From Bryobacteraceae bacterium (GTDB lineage: Bacteria; Acidobacteriota; Terriglobia; Bryobacterales; Bryobacteraceae): DNA of 64,000 nucleotides. The notes beneath the pieces are model-generated. The model made no database searches. It was not told the DNA's origin and was given only the letters and a program-made list of their open reading frames with translations. Location of the stretch: assembly GCA_035652115.1 (NCBI GenBank), contig DASREJ010000239.1, positions 21,087-85,086 on the forward strand. The letters are read 5' to 3'. Below are positions 9,791-18,260 of this stretch, one piece after another; position 1 is the stretch's first letter; each line of letters begins with the position of its first letter. A program made the position numbers and the translations under genes.

Positions 9791-11415
9791 TATGGTGGCG
9801 CTCAAGACAGAACAAAGGTGGAAATTTGTATTCACGGCGAATGTTTGTCGGCGCGCTCGGAGGGGTGTGGCTTTTCCCTCGAAATTGTCTTTACGGAAAA
9901 GAGCGTAATACTGGCATGAGCGTTGCCACTTCGCAGTTCGTGCTGGAGATTTCTCCTCGCGGCGATTGGAAGCACGAGCTATTTCCCGAGCAAAGCGCGG
10001 AATTTAACCTGAATCTGCGAAACGCCGGAGCCTCTGTTGCCTCCGCGTTTGCCTTATATGGCAGCTACGAGACTCCGCGTATTGTTGTGTATGACAGCCA
10101 GGGCGCTCGCATCGGAATCTACACGAAAGCGCAACAATACGAACGAAAAGTCGGCGATTTGGCGCGGCGCGAACCTCCGGAGCCGCAACAGCGGCCGATG
10201 CAGCCCGGCAAAGGCAGCAGCATCTCGTTCAATATTTGGGGGTATCGGCCGCCGCTGCCGCCTGGCCACTACTCCGTTCAGGTAGAGCATCAGACCGGTC
10301 CAAGCGAGCCGTTCATTTCTTCGGACCGTTACTCGTTTGAGATTGTTCCGGCCGCAGTGAAGAGTGCGGCGCTTAGTTACGATACAGCAAATCGCATTTC
10401 GTCTGTACTGGCTTGGCTGGACGCGGAAACGCACGGAACCGCGGCATCTGAACGCCTCTTGTTGCGCGTTTCCGCGGTTAAAGGACATGCGTCGGCGATG
10501 CAAGGCGCAACAAGCCACGGGCAGTTTCCCACAGGATCTCTGGTGTCCGTCGCGCAGCTCGCTCGCGGTTCGCAAGAGGACGGGTTGGGGTGGGCGGCGG
10601 TGCTTTCCGGTAAACATGTGACCCTTATTCGCCATAACCTGAGCTATCCCTATTGGAAAAGCGAAGCCGAATTGGCGATTGACGATGCGGTACCCGTTTC
10701 GCGATTTCCGAGCATGGAAGGACAGGCGCTTTTTCTTGCCACCGGCCATGGTGCAAAGGGGCCTACGCTCACAGGAGCGCTGTTCGAACAACCGAAGGGG
10801 CTTTTACAACAGTGGACTATGCCGCTGGCCGAAAGTCCATCCCTGACCGCTTGCTTAGCGCGAGTAAAGCGGCCTGCAGCACTGCTATTGGCGACGAACC
10901 GCCAAAGCGACAGTCAAGTCTCGCGTATTGACGTGACCGCGGAAGGAAAACTAAGCGGCGAAGAAAAGATAGTCCGGCGGTCCCCGAATATCGTAATCGC
11001 TGCTGCGTCCGCATTCAATGCGGAATCGGGAGATGCTTTCTTCGTTCTCGAAGCCGATAGAGAGCAAGCGGACAAAATGGCCGTCGTGACTGTTCCAATG
11101 AGCGGTCCGGTTCGCGCTCCTAAATTGCAGCCGGTGCCTGGATGGCCGCGCGAGGAGAATGGGAGCGCCATCAAGCCGTTGCAAACACAGATAGAGCAAG
11201 CTGTGGACGGCTCAATAGCGATCGTGTTCGTCGATTCGCGTGGATTTTTCTATGGAGGAAAGCTATCCCCGAAGCCCTTTGTCGGAAAGCTCAGGGCGAA
11301 TCCGGAATCGCCGTGCACTTTTCCGCATGTCGCCGCTTTGTCTCGTAATGTCACACCCGCGTGTTTTACGTCGCAAGGCCTCCTCTTCACGCCTGGAGCC
11401 GAGGCTGAGGAGTAA
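9766..11415 (+). CDS. hypothetical protein (start uncertain)
   Basis: 549-aa ORF with no motif I recognise. The track start (GTG 9766) overlaps the upstream gene by 25 nt. Alternative ATG starts are at 9841 and 9916. It ends 9 nt before the next gene, so it is probably co-transcribed. Confidence 0.55.
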   Translation: MEASRFVLIWWRSRQNKGGNLYSRRMFVGALGGVWLFPRNCLYGKERNTGMSVATSQFVLEISPRGDWKHELFPEQSAEFNLNLRNAGASVASAFALYGSYETPRIVVYDSQGARIGIYTKAQQYERKVGDLARREPPEPQQRPMQPGKGSSISFNIWGYRPPLPPGHYSVQVEHQTGPSEPFISSDRYSFEIVPAAVKSAALSYDTANRISSVLAWLDAETHGTAASERLLLRVSAVKGHASAMQGATSHGQFPTGSLVSVAQLARGSQEDGLGWAAVLSGKHVTLIRHNLSYPYWKSEAELAIDDAVPVSRFPSMEGQALFLATGHGAKGPTLTGALFEQPKGLLQQWTMPLAESPSLTACLARVKRPAALLLATNRQSDSQVSRIDVTAEGKLSGEEKIVRRSPNIVIAAASAFNAESGDAFFVLEADREQADKMAVVTVPMSGPVRAPKLQPVPGWPREENGSAIKPLQTQIEQAVDGSIAIVFVDSRGFFYGGKLSPKPFVGKLRANPESPCTFPHVAALSRNVTPACFTSQGLLFTPGAEAEE

Positions 11416-11424
11416 TCAGTCGCG

Positions 11425-13686
11425 ATGAAGCGTCCGTCCAGCCCACCGTATGGTGAGCGCGTTCTCCAGTTGGACCCGCCCTGTCAGGGACGCGATGTTT
11501 GGGACCTGCAAATCAAGCTAATCGCTTGGGGCTCCGGCTCCAATAATGACGGCATCGGCGCGCCGTTCATGCCTGTGCTGGTGACGGGCAAGTTCGACCG
11601 TGCTACGCACGATGCGGTGAAACGCTTCCAACGGACGGCGGGATTGCCGCTCACGGGAATAGTAGATGCACACACGTTTCGAGCCATCGATCGGGAGGGC
11701 GGCCAATACGCGGTCATGGTACACACCATGCGTTGTCCGTGCATTGAACCCGAGCCCATGCCGATTCGGTGCCGTTGTGCGGATCATCACAAAAAAGGGC
11801 CCTGCGACGGCTTCGGCAACGGTCTCTTTGCGGGCAAGTTCCTGCTGGATGGCGTAAAGCTGGCAGACGGAACATCGTTATCCGGCGAGAAACTGGACGT
11901 CTACGATATGCAGGAGTATCCCGGCGTTGACAAGGCGCTGCTTTGGGCTGTACGCGGGCTGATGCGGCGTGCGAATGTAGACCGAATCAAAGTGGTAGCG
12001 GGATACCGCTGCTGGCAGGACAACTACCGTTACACCGATTGGCGGCGATGGCGGCATAGAAAAGCCACTTTTCACTTCGGCAAATCAATAGAGTTCTATC
12101 ACGACAACACCACCACCGGATGCACGGAATGGGGCCAGAATGCCAACGTCCTTGTCGCGTGCGTCCGTTGCCAGGCGATCCGGCGAGCGGCGCTGGATCT
12201 TTGTGGTTTCCAGGCGCGCTGGCAGGAACCCGACCGCGTCAGCTTGGGGGAGGTTGCGGACCGGCTGAGGGAAGGTGACCCATTGGCTAATGCGCCTCAG
12301 CCAGCAAATACGTTCGCCGTACATGTCAGCACGGTGCGACGGCGTGATCGGGAAAAAGACGAATTTGTCAAGTTATACGCCGATAGCGTCAAGCCTATCT
12401 ACGAGGGGAAAGCTCCGGCTTATTCGTATCCGCTGGACTTGGGCAGCGGATACGATTGGCGCACGGCCGGTTGTCTGGATTTCTTCAACAACACGGAAAC
12501 GGGGCAGGGCGGATGGTTTCCGTTCGGTCCGAACAGGATATGGCATACGGGCATTCATCTCTTTCAAGCGGCCAACAGCCCTGTGTACGCCATCGCTGAT
12601 GGCGAAGTACTGGTGTGCAGGGCCGGCGAGAATGAAACGGCGCAGCCGTTCGGATCGCGAAACTTCGTTCTATTGCGCCATAAGCTGAAGGACAAAACTT
12701 GGTATAGCCTCTACATGCATCTGGATAACGGTGCAATAGGCGCCGCTGCGGCAATTGCAGGTAATCCCGTCAAATGGCGGCGAAAAGCGGCCCTATTGAC
12801 TCGCGACCACGTAGAAATGAAGCTGCCGTCGCCGTTTTTTCAAATCGTGAACGGAGGCACAGCAAACAGTTATTTGGGCGGACTTCACGCGCCCGGTGTG
12901 GGAGTGCGCCAGGGCGGCTTGGGACCGGGCGATTGGGTGGAAATTACCGCAAATGCAAATGCTGTCGATCCTACTGCAGGAGGACCCAATCCGACGGACC
13001 CGAAGGTTCCGCAGAACTCCACTATTATCCAGGTTCAGTTGGCGGCCGCAGGCAATCCATATGTGTTCCTGACATTAGAGGGCCAAGAACTGGGAACGAT
13101 CATACGCGCGAATGGCACTCTCGCGCCTGCAATTAATAATCAACGCACTTTCGCACTGTCGAGCCCGATTGGGGTAGCGGCAGGCGAGTTACTTGGTTCT
13201 ATCGGAGCAGCTCCAACGGACGCGCGATTGAATCCGCACGGATCGTATTTGCATTTGGAAGTCTTTTCCGAAGAGGCACTGTTGTCCGGCCCGGGTTACA
13301 TCACGATTGATGCCACAGACAGAACCATCATGATGGACCGCAAGGCGATCTATCAGAAACTTCGCGACAGTAAGATCATTTCCGCGGAGCCCGCTGATGT
13401 GCTGCTCGAAAGCGATGTGGCGGCTCCCGGCGCGGGCATTAATCGCGGTTCATGCCGCAGCGTAATTCTGAAGACCGTATGCCCATGGAACGAAAATATG
13501 AAGACGCGGCTCAATAACTCGCCGTCTTTCACGTATATGCCGGATGGGGACCGCAACAACTTGGGCGATCAAATGAATCAGTACCGGTGGTGGAACAACA
13601 TTGCCGGCGCGCCATCGCTACCTGATCCTAGCGCGCTGTTCTACTATCACCCCATCGCTTTTATGCTGCAGTTAGCAACGAAGTAA
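11425..13686 (+). CDS. multi-domain cell-wall-hydrolase-like protein (PG_binding_1-like + LAS/M15-like + divergent M23/LytM-like)
   Basis: 753 aa with no signal peptide. The PG-binding repeat signature GKFDRATHDAVKRFQRTAGLPLTGIVDAHTFRAI lies at about 11482..11688. GYRCWQDN...HFGKSIEF...FAVHVS (about 11917..12330) resembles the peptidase M15A/DUF882 core. HTGIHLF...VYAIADGEVL...YSLYMHLD...GSYLHLEVF (about 12532..13269) resembles M23. Confidence 0.75.
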   Translation: MKRPSSPPYGERVLQLDPPCQGRDVWDLQIKLIAWGSGSNNDGIGAPFMPVLVTGKFDRATHDAVKRFQRTAGLPLTGIVDAHTFRAIDREGGQYAVMVHTMRCPCIEPEPMPIRCRCADHHKKGPCDGFGNGLFAGKFLLDGVKLADGTSLSGEKLDVYDMQEYPGVDKALLWAVRGLMRRANVDRIKVVAGYRCWQDNYRYTDWRRWRHRKATFHFGKSIEFYHDNTTTGCTEWGQNANVLVACVRCQAIRRAALDLCGFQARWQEPDRVSLGEVADRLREGDPLANAPQPANTFAVHVSTVRRRDREKDEFVKLYADSVKPIYEGKAPAYSYPLDLGSGYDWRTAGCLDFFNNTETGQGGWFPFGPNRIWHTGIHLFQAANSPVYAIADGEVLVCRAGENETAQPFGSRNFVLLRHKLKDKTWYSLYMHLDNGAIGAAAAIAGNPVKWRRKAALLTRDHVEMKLPSPFFQIVNGGTANSYLGGLHAPGVGVRQGGLGPGDWVEITANANAVDPTAGGPNPTDPKVPQNSTIIQVQLAAAGNPYVFLTLEGQELGTIIRANGTLAPAINNQRTFALSSPIGVAAGELLGSIGAAPTDARLNPHGSYLHLEVFSEEALLSGPGYITIDATDRTIMMDRKAIYQKLRDSKIISAEPADVLLESDVAAPGAGINRGSCRSVILKTVCPWNENMKTRLNNSPSFTYMPDGDRNNLGDQMNQYRWWNNIAGAPSLPDPSALFYYHPIAFMLQLATK

Positions 13687-14070
13687 TCAAGCTGAGTGCA
13701 ACGGCGGAATCAGATCTACAGCCATCGGATCCGACAATGCCGTGACATTGTTCAGCCCGACGACGGTTGCTCTGACTTGGACTTGTGTAGGGTAGGGCGG
13801 CGGTTGGGGAAGCAAGGTTTTCCAGTTGAGCGTGTAAGGAACATCCAATTTGTTACCCGTAATCGGTTGGTTCGCAAGCTGATGGAAATGATTGGCAGCG
13901 CCCTGCGCCAGGACCTGAAGCTGGATCATATAGCCATCGGTCACGCGCTCCGTCCTGACGCGAATGGTGACGTCGTCGCCATGCCAGCAACGCGGTTGTG
14001 ACCAGCTAACGGTCACGCGCTCAGTCAACTGAGCAGGATTTACGGTGTCGTGAGTGTTCTCGACATTCAT
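13687..14070 (-). CDS. hypothetical protein carrying one copy of the island-specific W-x-W/G-T module
   Basis: 127 aa with an ATG start. VSWSQPRCWHGDDVTIRVRTERVTDGYMIQLQV aligns with modules in the 1073-aa and 366-aa proteins. Its stop directly abuts the stop of the convergent 753-aa gene. Confidence 0.5.
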   Translation of the reverse strand: MNVENTHDTVNPAQLTERVTVSWSQPRCWHGDDVTIRVRTERVTDGYMIQLQVLAQGAANHFHQLANQPITGNKLDVPYTLNWKTLLPQPPPYPTQVQVRATVVGLNNVTALSDPMAVDLIPPLHSA

Positions 14071-14081
14071 ATATGCGCGCT

Positions 14082-15179
14082 TTAAGGTTTGGTAATTGTG
14101 CTATCGGCCTGATCCGAACCTTGCATCTTGATTCGACAGCGCGTAATAGCAGGTAAATCGATGCGAACTATCTGTTCTTTCCAAGGCGTTGGAATCATGG
14201 CCTGTCCGACTGGAGAATTACCGTTCCAAGTGCCGCCTCCCGAGAAGTAAGCGGTAATCTGAGTATCAAACAGGACGCTGCCGGGTCTCTCAACATTGAG
14301 AATTTGTGTTTTGCGTACCGTTCGTATGTCGCTGAGGCAAACACTTCGGTCGCACTTTGCCTTGAAACGAATGCGGCTTTGTGTCAAAGCGGAGAAGTTT
14401 CCCTCTGACGGCATCCAGGTCACCTGCATCTGGAAATTAGGGCCGGCTGCGGTAATTGTTGCCGGAATGGTATGGATCACTTTGCCGTCATCGAAAGCGT
14501 CAATAATCTGGAACTCGCCGGTCTCGCCAGCATCGAAGCCTGATGCCGAGACCGTTAAAGTCTGATTTGCCCCAATATCTACGAAAGCTGGAGCCGACCA
14601 TTGCGGATTGGACAAGATAGGAATGCTTAGCTTGTATCGTCCGGTGGGAACTTCGTCTTTTTCAACTTTGCCGTTCGCAGGGGTATAGCCGGATTCGAGC
14701 AAAGTCCAAGCGCCCCCGATAGGCGGCTGATATTTCAGCTTGTAGGGAACGTTTTGATCGGGCTGGTTAGCCGAATCGCTAACATCGAACTCTATCCAGT
14801 GCCACGGAACTATGAAGTCATATTGGGTAACGACGCCCGCATTCAGCACTTTGTTCTGAGAAATTCCAGGCTGAACGTTCGCTGTGTCGTACTTGGATGC
14901 AATACCCGGCGGAAAAGTCAGCGTAACCGTGTAATTGCCAAGATGAAGCGGACCGAAGCCGCGGCGGCCGTCGTTTTTCGTATCCTGTGCCGCTGGATTA
15001 TCGGGTCCCGCAGCCGTCGCGGTAACGCCCTCTATGGGGCGCGTCTGGGCCGGCGGCGGTGGTATCGGAGCGCGCCCGCCCTGCACGGATACCTGAATGA
15101 TGCCTCTTTGAGCGCGGCAAGTGACAGTGGGACTATTGATGTTTCTTTTTGTTAGTTGGTCTTGTAGGAAGCTCGCCAT
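14082..15179 (-). CDS. hypothetical protein with beta-sandwich-like repeats and one island-specific module
   Basis: The track start is TTG 15182. The next codon is ATG (15177..15179), preceded by a GAAAGG Shine-Dalgarno-like sequence 7 nt upstream. Segments such as GFGPLHLGNYTVTLTFPPG and VPTGRYKLSIP resemble carboxypeptidase-regulatory-like folds. The shared module lies at 14412..14609. Confidence 0.6.
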   Translation of the reverse strand: MASFLQDQLTKRNINSPTVTCRAQRGIIQVSVQGGRAPIPPPPAQTRPIEGVTATAAGPDNPAAQDTKNDGRRGFGPLHLGNYTVTLTFPPGIASKYDTANVQPGISQNKVLNAGVVTQYDFIVPWHWIEFDVSDSANQPDQNVPYKLKYQPPIGGAWTLLESGYTPANGKVEKDEVPTGRYKLSIPILSNPQWSAPAFVDIGANQTLTVSASGFDAGETGEFQIIDAFDDGKVIHTIPATITAAGPNFQMQVTWMPSEGNFSALTQSRIRFKAKCDRSVCLSDIRTVRKTQILNVERPGSVLFDTQITAYFSGGGTWNGNSPVGQAMIPTPWKEQIVRIDLPAITRCRIKMQGSDQADSTITKP

Positions 15180-15182
15180 CAA

Positions 15183-15611
15183 TTAGCCTTTCGCAGGCGT
15201 GCCGTTTATGGCGTTGAGTGTTTGGAGACGCGTTTCCAACCATTCCACACGGTCGTCGCCCGTTCCTTCGCGCGAGTTGAGAATATCCACCGCCCAAGCG
15301 CATTCCGGGCGCGATTCGAAGTCTTCACCGTGAAGGATCAGGAAATTCAAAAACGTGGCGACATGCAGCTCAGATGCAATCCCGTACTTCAAGGCCTTCG
15401 GAATGTTGGATTCGACAAACGAGGCCGCCTGCTCGGTCCCGCCTGTGAACTTTTGCGGATACCTTCGCGCAAATATCGCGGCTACGCGCTGCACGTACTC
15501 GCGCCGCAGAGCGTTATTGAGCACTTCCATTTGCTCGTTTCTGATGGTGAGCATGGGCCAGGAGGAAATACGCAGCTTGCATCGTAGCATGCGAGTTGCG
15601 GTCTGGATCAC
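15183..15611 (-). CDS. small hypothetical protein, predicted all-helical (start uncertain)
   Basis: 142-aa ORF from GTG 15611, which lies 5 nt after the GH13 stop. An internal ATG at 15554 gives MLTIRNEQMEVLNNALRREYVQRV..., which looks like a more natural N-terminus. Its stop lies 3 nt before the next gene's ATG. Confidence 0.45.
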   Translation of the reverse strand: MIQTATRMLRCKLRISSWPMLTIRNEQMEVLNNALRREYVQRVAAIFARRYPQKFTGGTEQAASFVESNIPKALKYGIASELHVATFLNFLILHGEDFESRPECAWAVDILNSREGTGDDRVEWLETRLQTLNAINGTPAKG

Positions 15612-15616
15612 GCTAA

Positions 15617-17341
15617 TTAGGGTTCAAGCTGCCCTATATAAGCGCCGTATGGCTGAAGATTGATATGCGATAGATCGTTCGTTTCCCGAGCGTTGGGATA
15701 AGACACAAGAATCGTCTTCGCGTGCTTGCCGGAAACGCCCCTTGCGTCCGACACGTTGATGGCTTGTGGCGAAGCGGTGAAGTTCAATGCGACCAGGACG
15801 GCCCTTCCGTCCTTTGTCTTGCGTAGGTAAGACAGAACCGTGTTGCTGCTGTCGTCTATGGGAATAAAATCGCCATCGCGCAATTGCGGATTTGTCTTGC
15901 GCAGGTCAATTAGCTTTTTGTAATAGCTCAGCAGCGAATTCGGATCTTTTTCCTGAGCCGCGACATTGACTGTTTTATAATCGCTGCCGACTGGAAGCCA
16001 CGTGCTTTTCCCTGCGCTGAATCCTGCGTTGACGCCGGCGTTCCATTGCATCGGCGTGCGCTCCGCGTCGCGACCTTTGTCTTTGGGCCAGCCTGTGCGC
16101 CCCACAGGATCACGAACATCTTCGATGTGCGCCGGCGGATGATCGACCATGCCAATCTCTTCACCGTAATAAATGAGCGCCGCATCACGAGGTGTGAGCA
16201 GAAGTGTCGCGAGTAAGCGGGCAATCTCGGCGTTGTGCTTGCCGTCGCCATACCGATTGATGCTGCGCGAATTATCATGATTCTCAAACACGAAAAGCGG
16301 CACGTTTCCGTTCAGCTTCGTTTCGGCGTCGGCCAGCTTTTGACGGAATTCCGAAACGGCCAAGCGATTTATGAAGCCGAACTGGGTGTCCATCGGCAAC
16401 TGCAATTCATCGTTGGTGGACCCGTACATCTTTGCGAGCTCACCCACGTTGGGCACGTATGTCTCTCCGATCAAGACACAGCCCGGATACTCATCGGTGA
16501 CTTTTCGCAACTCGCGCAAAACGTCATGTACCTTGGGCAGATTGTCCGTATACACGCGCTTGCGCTTTCTTTCACCGAACGCATCCAATCCTGCTTCGGG
16601 ACCGGCTAGATAGGCATCGTCTCTCAAAGCAATGTCTTCGAAAAGACTCGTAATCGCATCGAGACGGAGGCCGGCCACACCCTTTGCCATCCAGAATCGG
16701 CAAACATCATACATCGCTTTGCGGACGTCGGAATTTTCCCAATTCAGATCGGGCTGCTCTTTATAGAACCGGTGATAGTAGAACTGCTTGCGAGCAGGAA
16801 CATACTGCCAGGCAGAGTGGCCGAACTCCGATTGCCAGTTGTTCGGCGGTTGGCCGCCGGGTTTGCCGTCTTTCCAGATGTACCAATCGGCTTTCGGATT
16901 GTTGCGCGAAGATGCGGACTCGATAAACCAGGGATGCTTATCGGAACTATGGTTCAAAACCATGTCGTTAAGCACTCGTATGTTGCGCTTCTTGGCTTCG
17001 GCCATCAGCTTGTCAAAGTCCGCCATGGTGCCGAATTGCTTGTCGATACCGCGGTAGTCGGAAATATCGTAGCCGAAATCGACTTGCGGGGACGGATAAA
17101 ACGGCGTGATCCAGATGGCGTCGACGCCGAGCGCCTTTAGATAATCTAAATTCTCCGTGATTCCGTTGAGGTCGCCAATACCGTCTCCGTTGGAATCACC
17201 AAAACTGCGCGGATAGACTTCATAAATCACGGCTCTTCGCCACCAGTTGTTGTCATCCATGCTCGCCGCCGGCAACCAGCAGGGAGCGAGCACGGCGGCG
17301 GCTAAGCAGGCGACGGCAGAACTGTGCAACAGGGAGCGCAT
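15617..17341 (-). CDS. secreted GH13 alpha-glucosidase / oligo-1,6-glucosidase-like enzyme
   Basis: Signal peptide MRSLLHSSAVACLAAAVLA. WWRRAVIYEVYPRSFGDSNGDGIGDLNGITENLDYLKALGVDAIWITPFYPSPQVDFGYDISDY is a classic GH13 subfamily signature. Also GLRLDAI and the FENHDNSR region. Confidence 0.9.
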   Translation of the reverse strand: MRSLLHSSAVACLAAAVLAPCWLPAASMDDNNWWRRAVIYEVYPRSFGDSNGDGIGDLNGITENLDYLKALGVDAIWITPFYPSPQVDFGYDISDYRGIDKQFGTMADFDKLMAEAKKRNIRVLNDMVLNHSSDKHPWFIESASSRNNPKADWYIWKDGKPGGQPPNNWQSEFGHSAWQYVPARKQFYYHRFYKEQPDLNWENSDVRKAMYDVCRFWMAKGVAGLRLDAITSLFEDIALRDDAYLAGPEAGLDAFGERKRKRVYTDNLPKVHDVLRELRKVTDEYPGCVLIGETYVPNVGELAKMYGSTNDELQLPMDTQFGFINRLAVSEFRQKLADAETKLNGNVPLFVFENHDNSRSINRYGDGKHNAEIARLLATLLLTPRDAALIYYGEEIGMVDHPPAHIEDVRDPVGRTGWPKDKGRDAERTPMQWNAGVNAGFSAGKSTWLPVGSDYKTVNVAAQEKDPNSLLSYYKKLIDLRKTNPQLRDGDFIPIDDSSNTVLSYLRKTKDGRAVLVALNFTASPQAINVSDARGVSGKHAKTILVSYPNARETNDLSHINLQPYGAYIGQLEP

Positions 17342-17423
17342 AGGATTAGCCTAGAACGTGCACAACGGGTGTCAACGCCCAGTGCACTCTCTGTTGTATT
17401 ACAAAAACAGGCGGCCCGAGTAA

Positions 17424-18260
17424 TTACTTGGTGAGAACTTCTTCGATGTATGCCAAAGCGCGTGGATCTTTGGATTGACCCAACCAGAAGAAAGCCTGCT
17501 TGCGCACTTCCGGATTACGCTGTGTGCGCGCGACCTCGATTAATTTCGGCACGCCTTCATCTTTCGGCAATTGCGACAAGGCAAATACTGCGCGTTTTTT
17601 AACGTTCGTGTCAGGGTCATTGAGAATTGCATCCGTGATGGTGGCGCTGGCGCGCGCGCCGGCCTTCTGTGCCAACCAAAAAAGCGCTTGCTCGCGGATG
17701 TGCGGCGAGGCGTCCGACCGGGCAAGCTTCACAAGCGCATCAAGAGCCGCCGGATCCTCTTGCATGGATAGCGCAAGAATCGCGCCGTTAGAAACGCGGT
17801 TCGAAATGTCCTGGTGAATGGTCTGGTCTAGAAATTCTACGCTCTTCGCCGCGGGCACGCCGGTTATCCATGTGAAAGGCAGGCCGCCGGCATCGAGGGG
17901 GCATTCGAGAGAGTAGATGTGAATCTTCTGAATCTGGTTATTTTCAGCCCGTACTAGAAGCGCCACCGTATCGGAGCCTTCCAATTGAATTGGCTGCGTT
18001 GGACGCGTGTTGATCACAGCACCCGAGCGGTTGTCCTCGAGCCAACAGCCTCCGCCATTGCCGCTCCAGCAGCAACTATCGTGATCGCCCCGTTTTGTCT
18101 TGATGGCATAACCGAACCATGCAGGCGCCGATGATTTGACTTGTGCCGAAAGATCGCCGGAAAAAGCTCGCGTTTCCAGGCGCGCGTTTACGACGTTCGG
18201 TGAGCCTGATTGTCCAAAAGCGACAGCCGAGGCGAGTAAAAAGCCGGCTAAATATCTCAC
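17424..18260 (-). CDS. secreted HEAT-repeat protein with a Cys-rich N-terminal domain
   Basis: The C-terminal half has PBS-lyase/HEAT-like repeats (DPDTNVKKRAVFALSQL, RNPEVRKQAFFWLGQ). A GTG at 18258..18260 overlaps the upstream stop (GTGA) and yields the signal peptide VRYLAGFLLASAVAFG. The track start at 18338 is over-extended. Confidence 0.72.
   Translation of the reverse strand: MRYLAGFLLASAVAFGQSGSPNVVNARLETRAFSGDLSAQVKSSAPAWFGYAIKTKRGDHDSCCWSGNGGGCWLEDNRSGAVINTRPTQPIQLEGSDTVALLVRAENNQIQKIHIYSLECPLDAGGLPFTWITGVPAAKSVEFLDQTIHQDISNRVSNGAILALSMQEDPAALDALVKLARSDASPHIREQALFWLAQKAGARASATITDAILNDPDTNVKKRAVFALSQLPKDEGVPKLIEVARTQRNPEVRKQAFFWLGQSKDPRALAYIEEVLTK

Noticed and set aside
10054-10791. 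245-aa antisense ORF inside the 549-aa island gene
   Set aside because: It has an Arg/Cys-rich, low-complexity translation and no motifs. This is typical of a shadow ORF opposite a real gene in GC-rich DNA.
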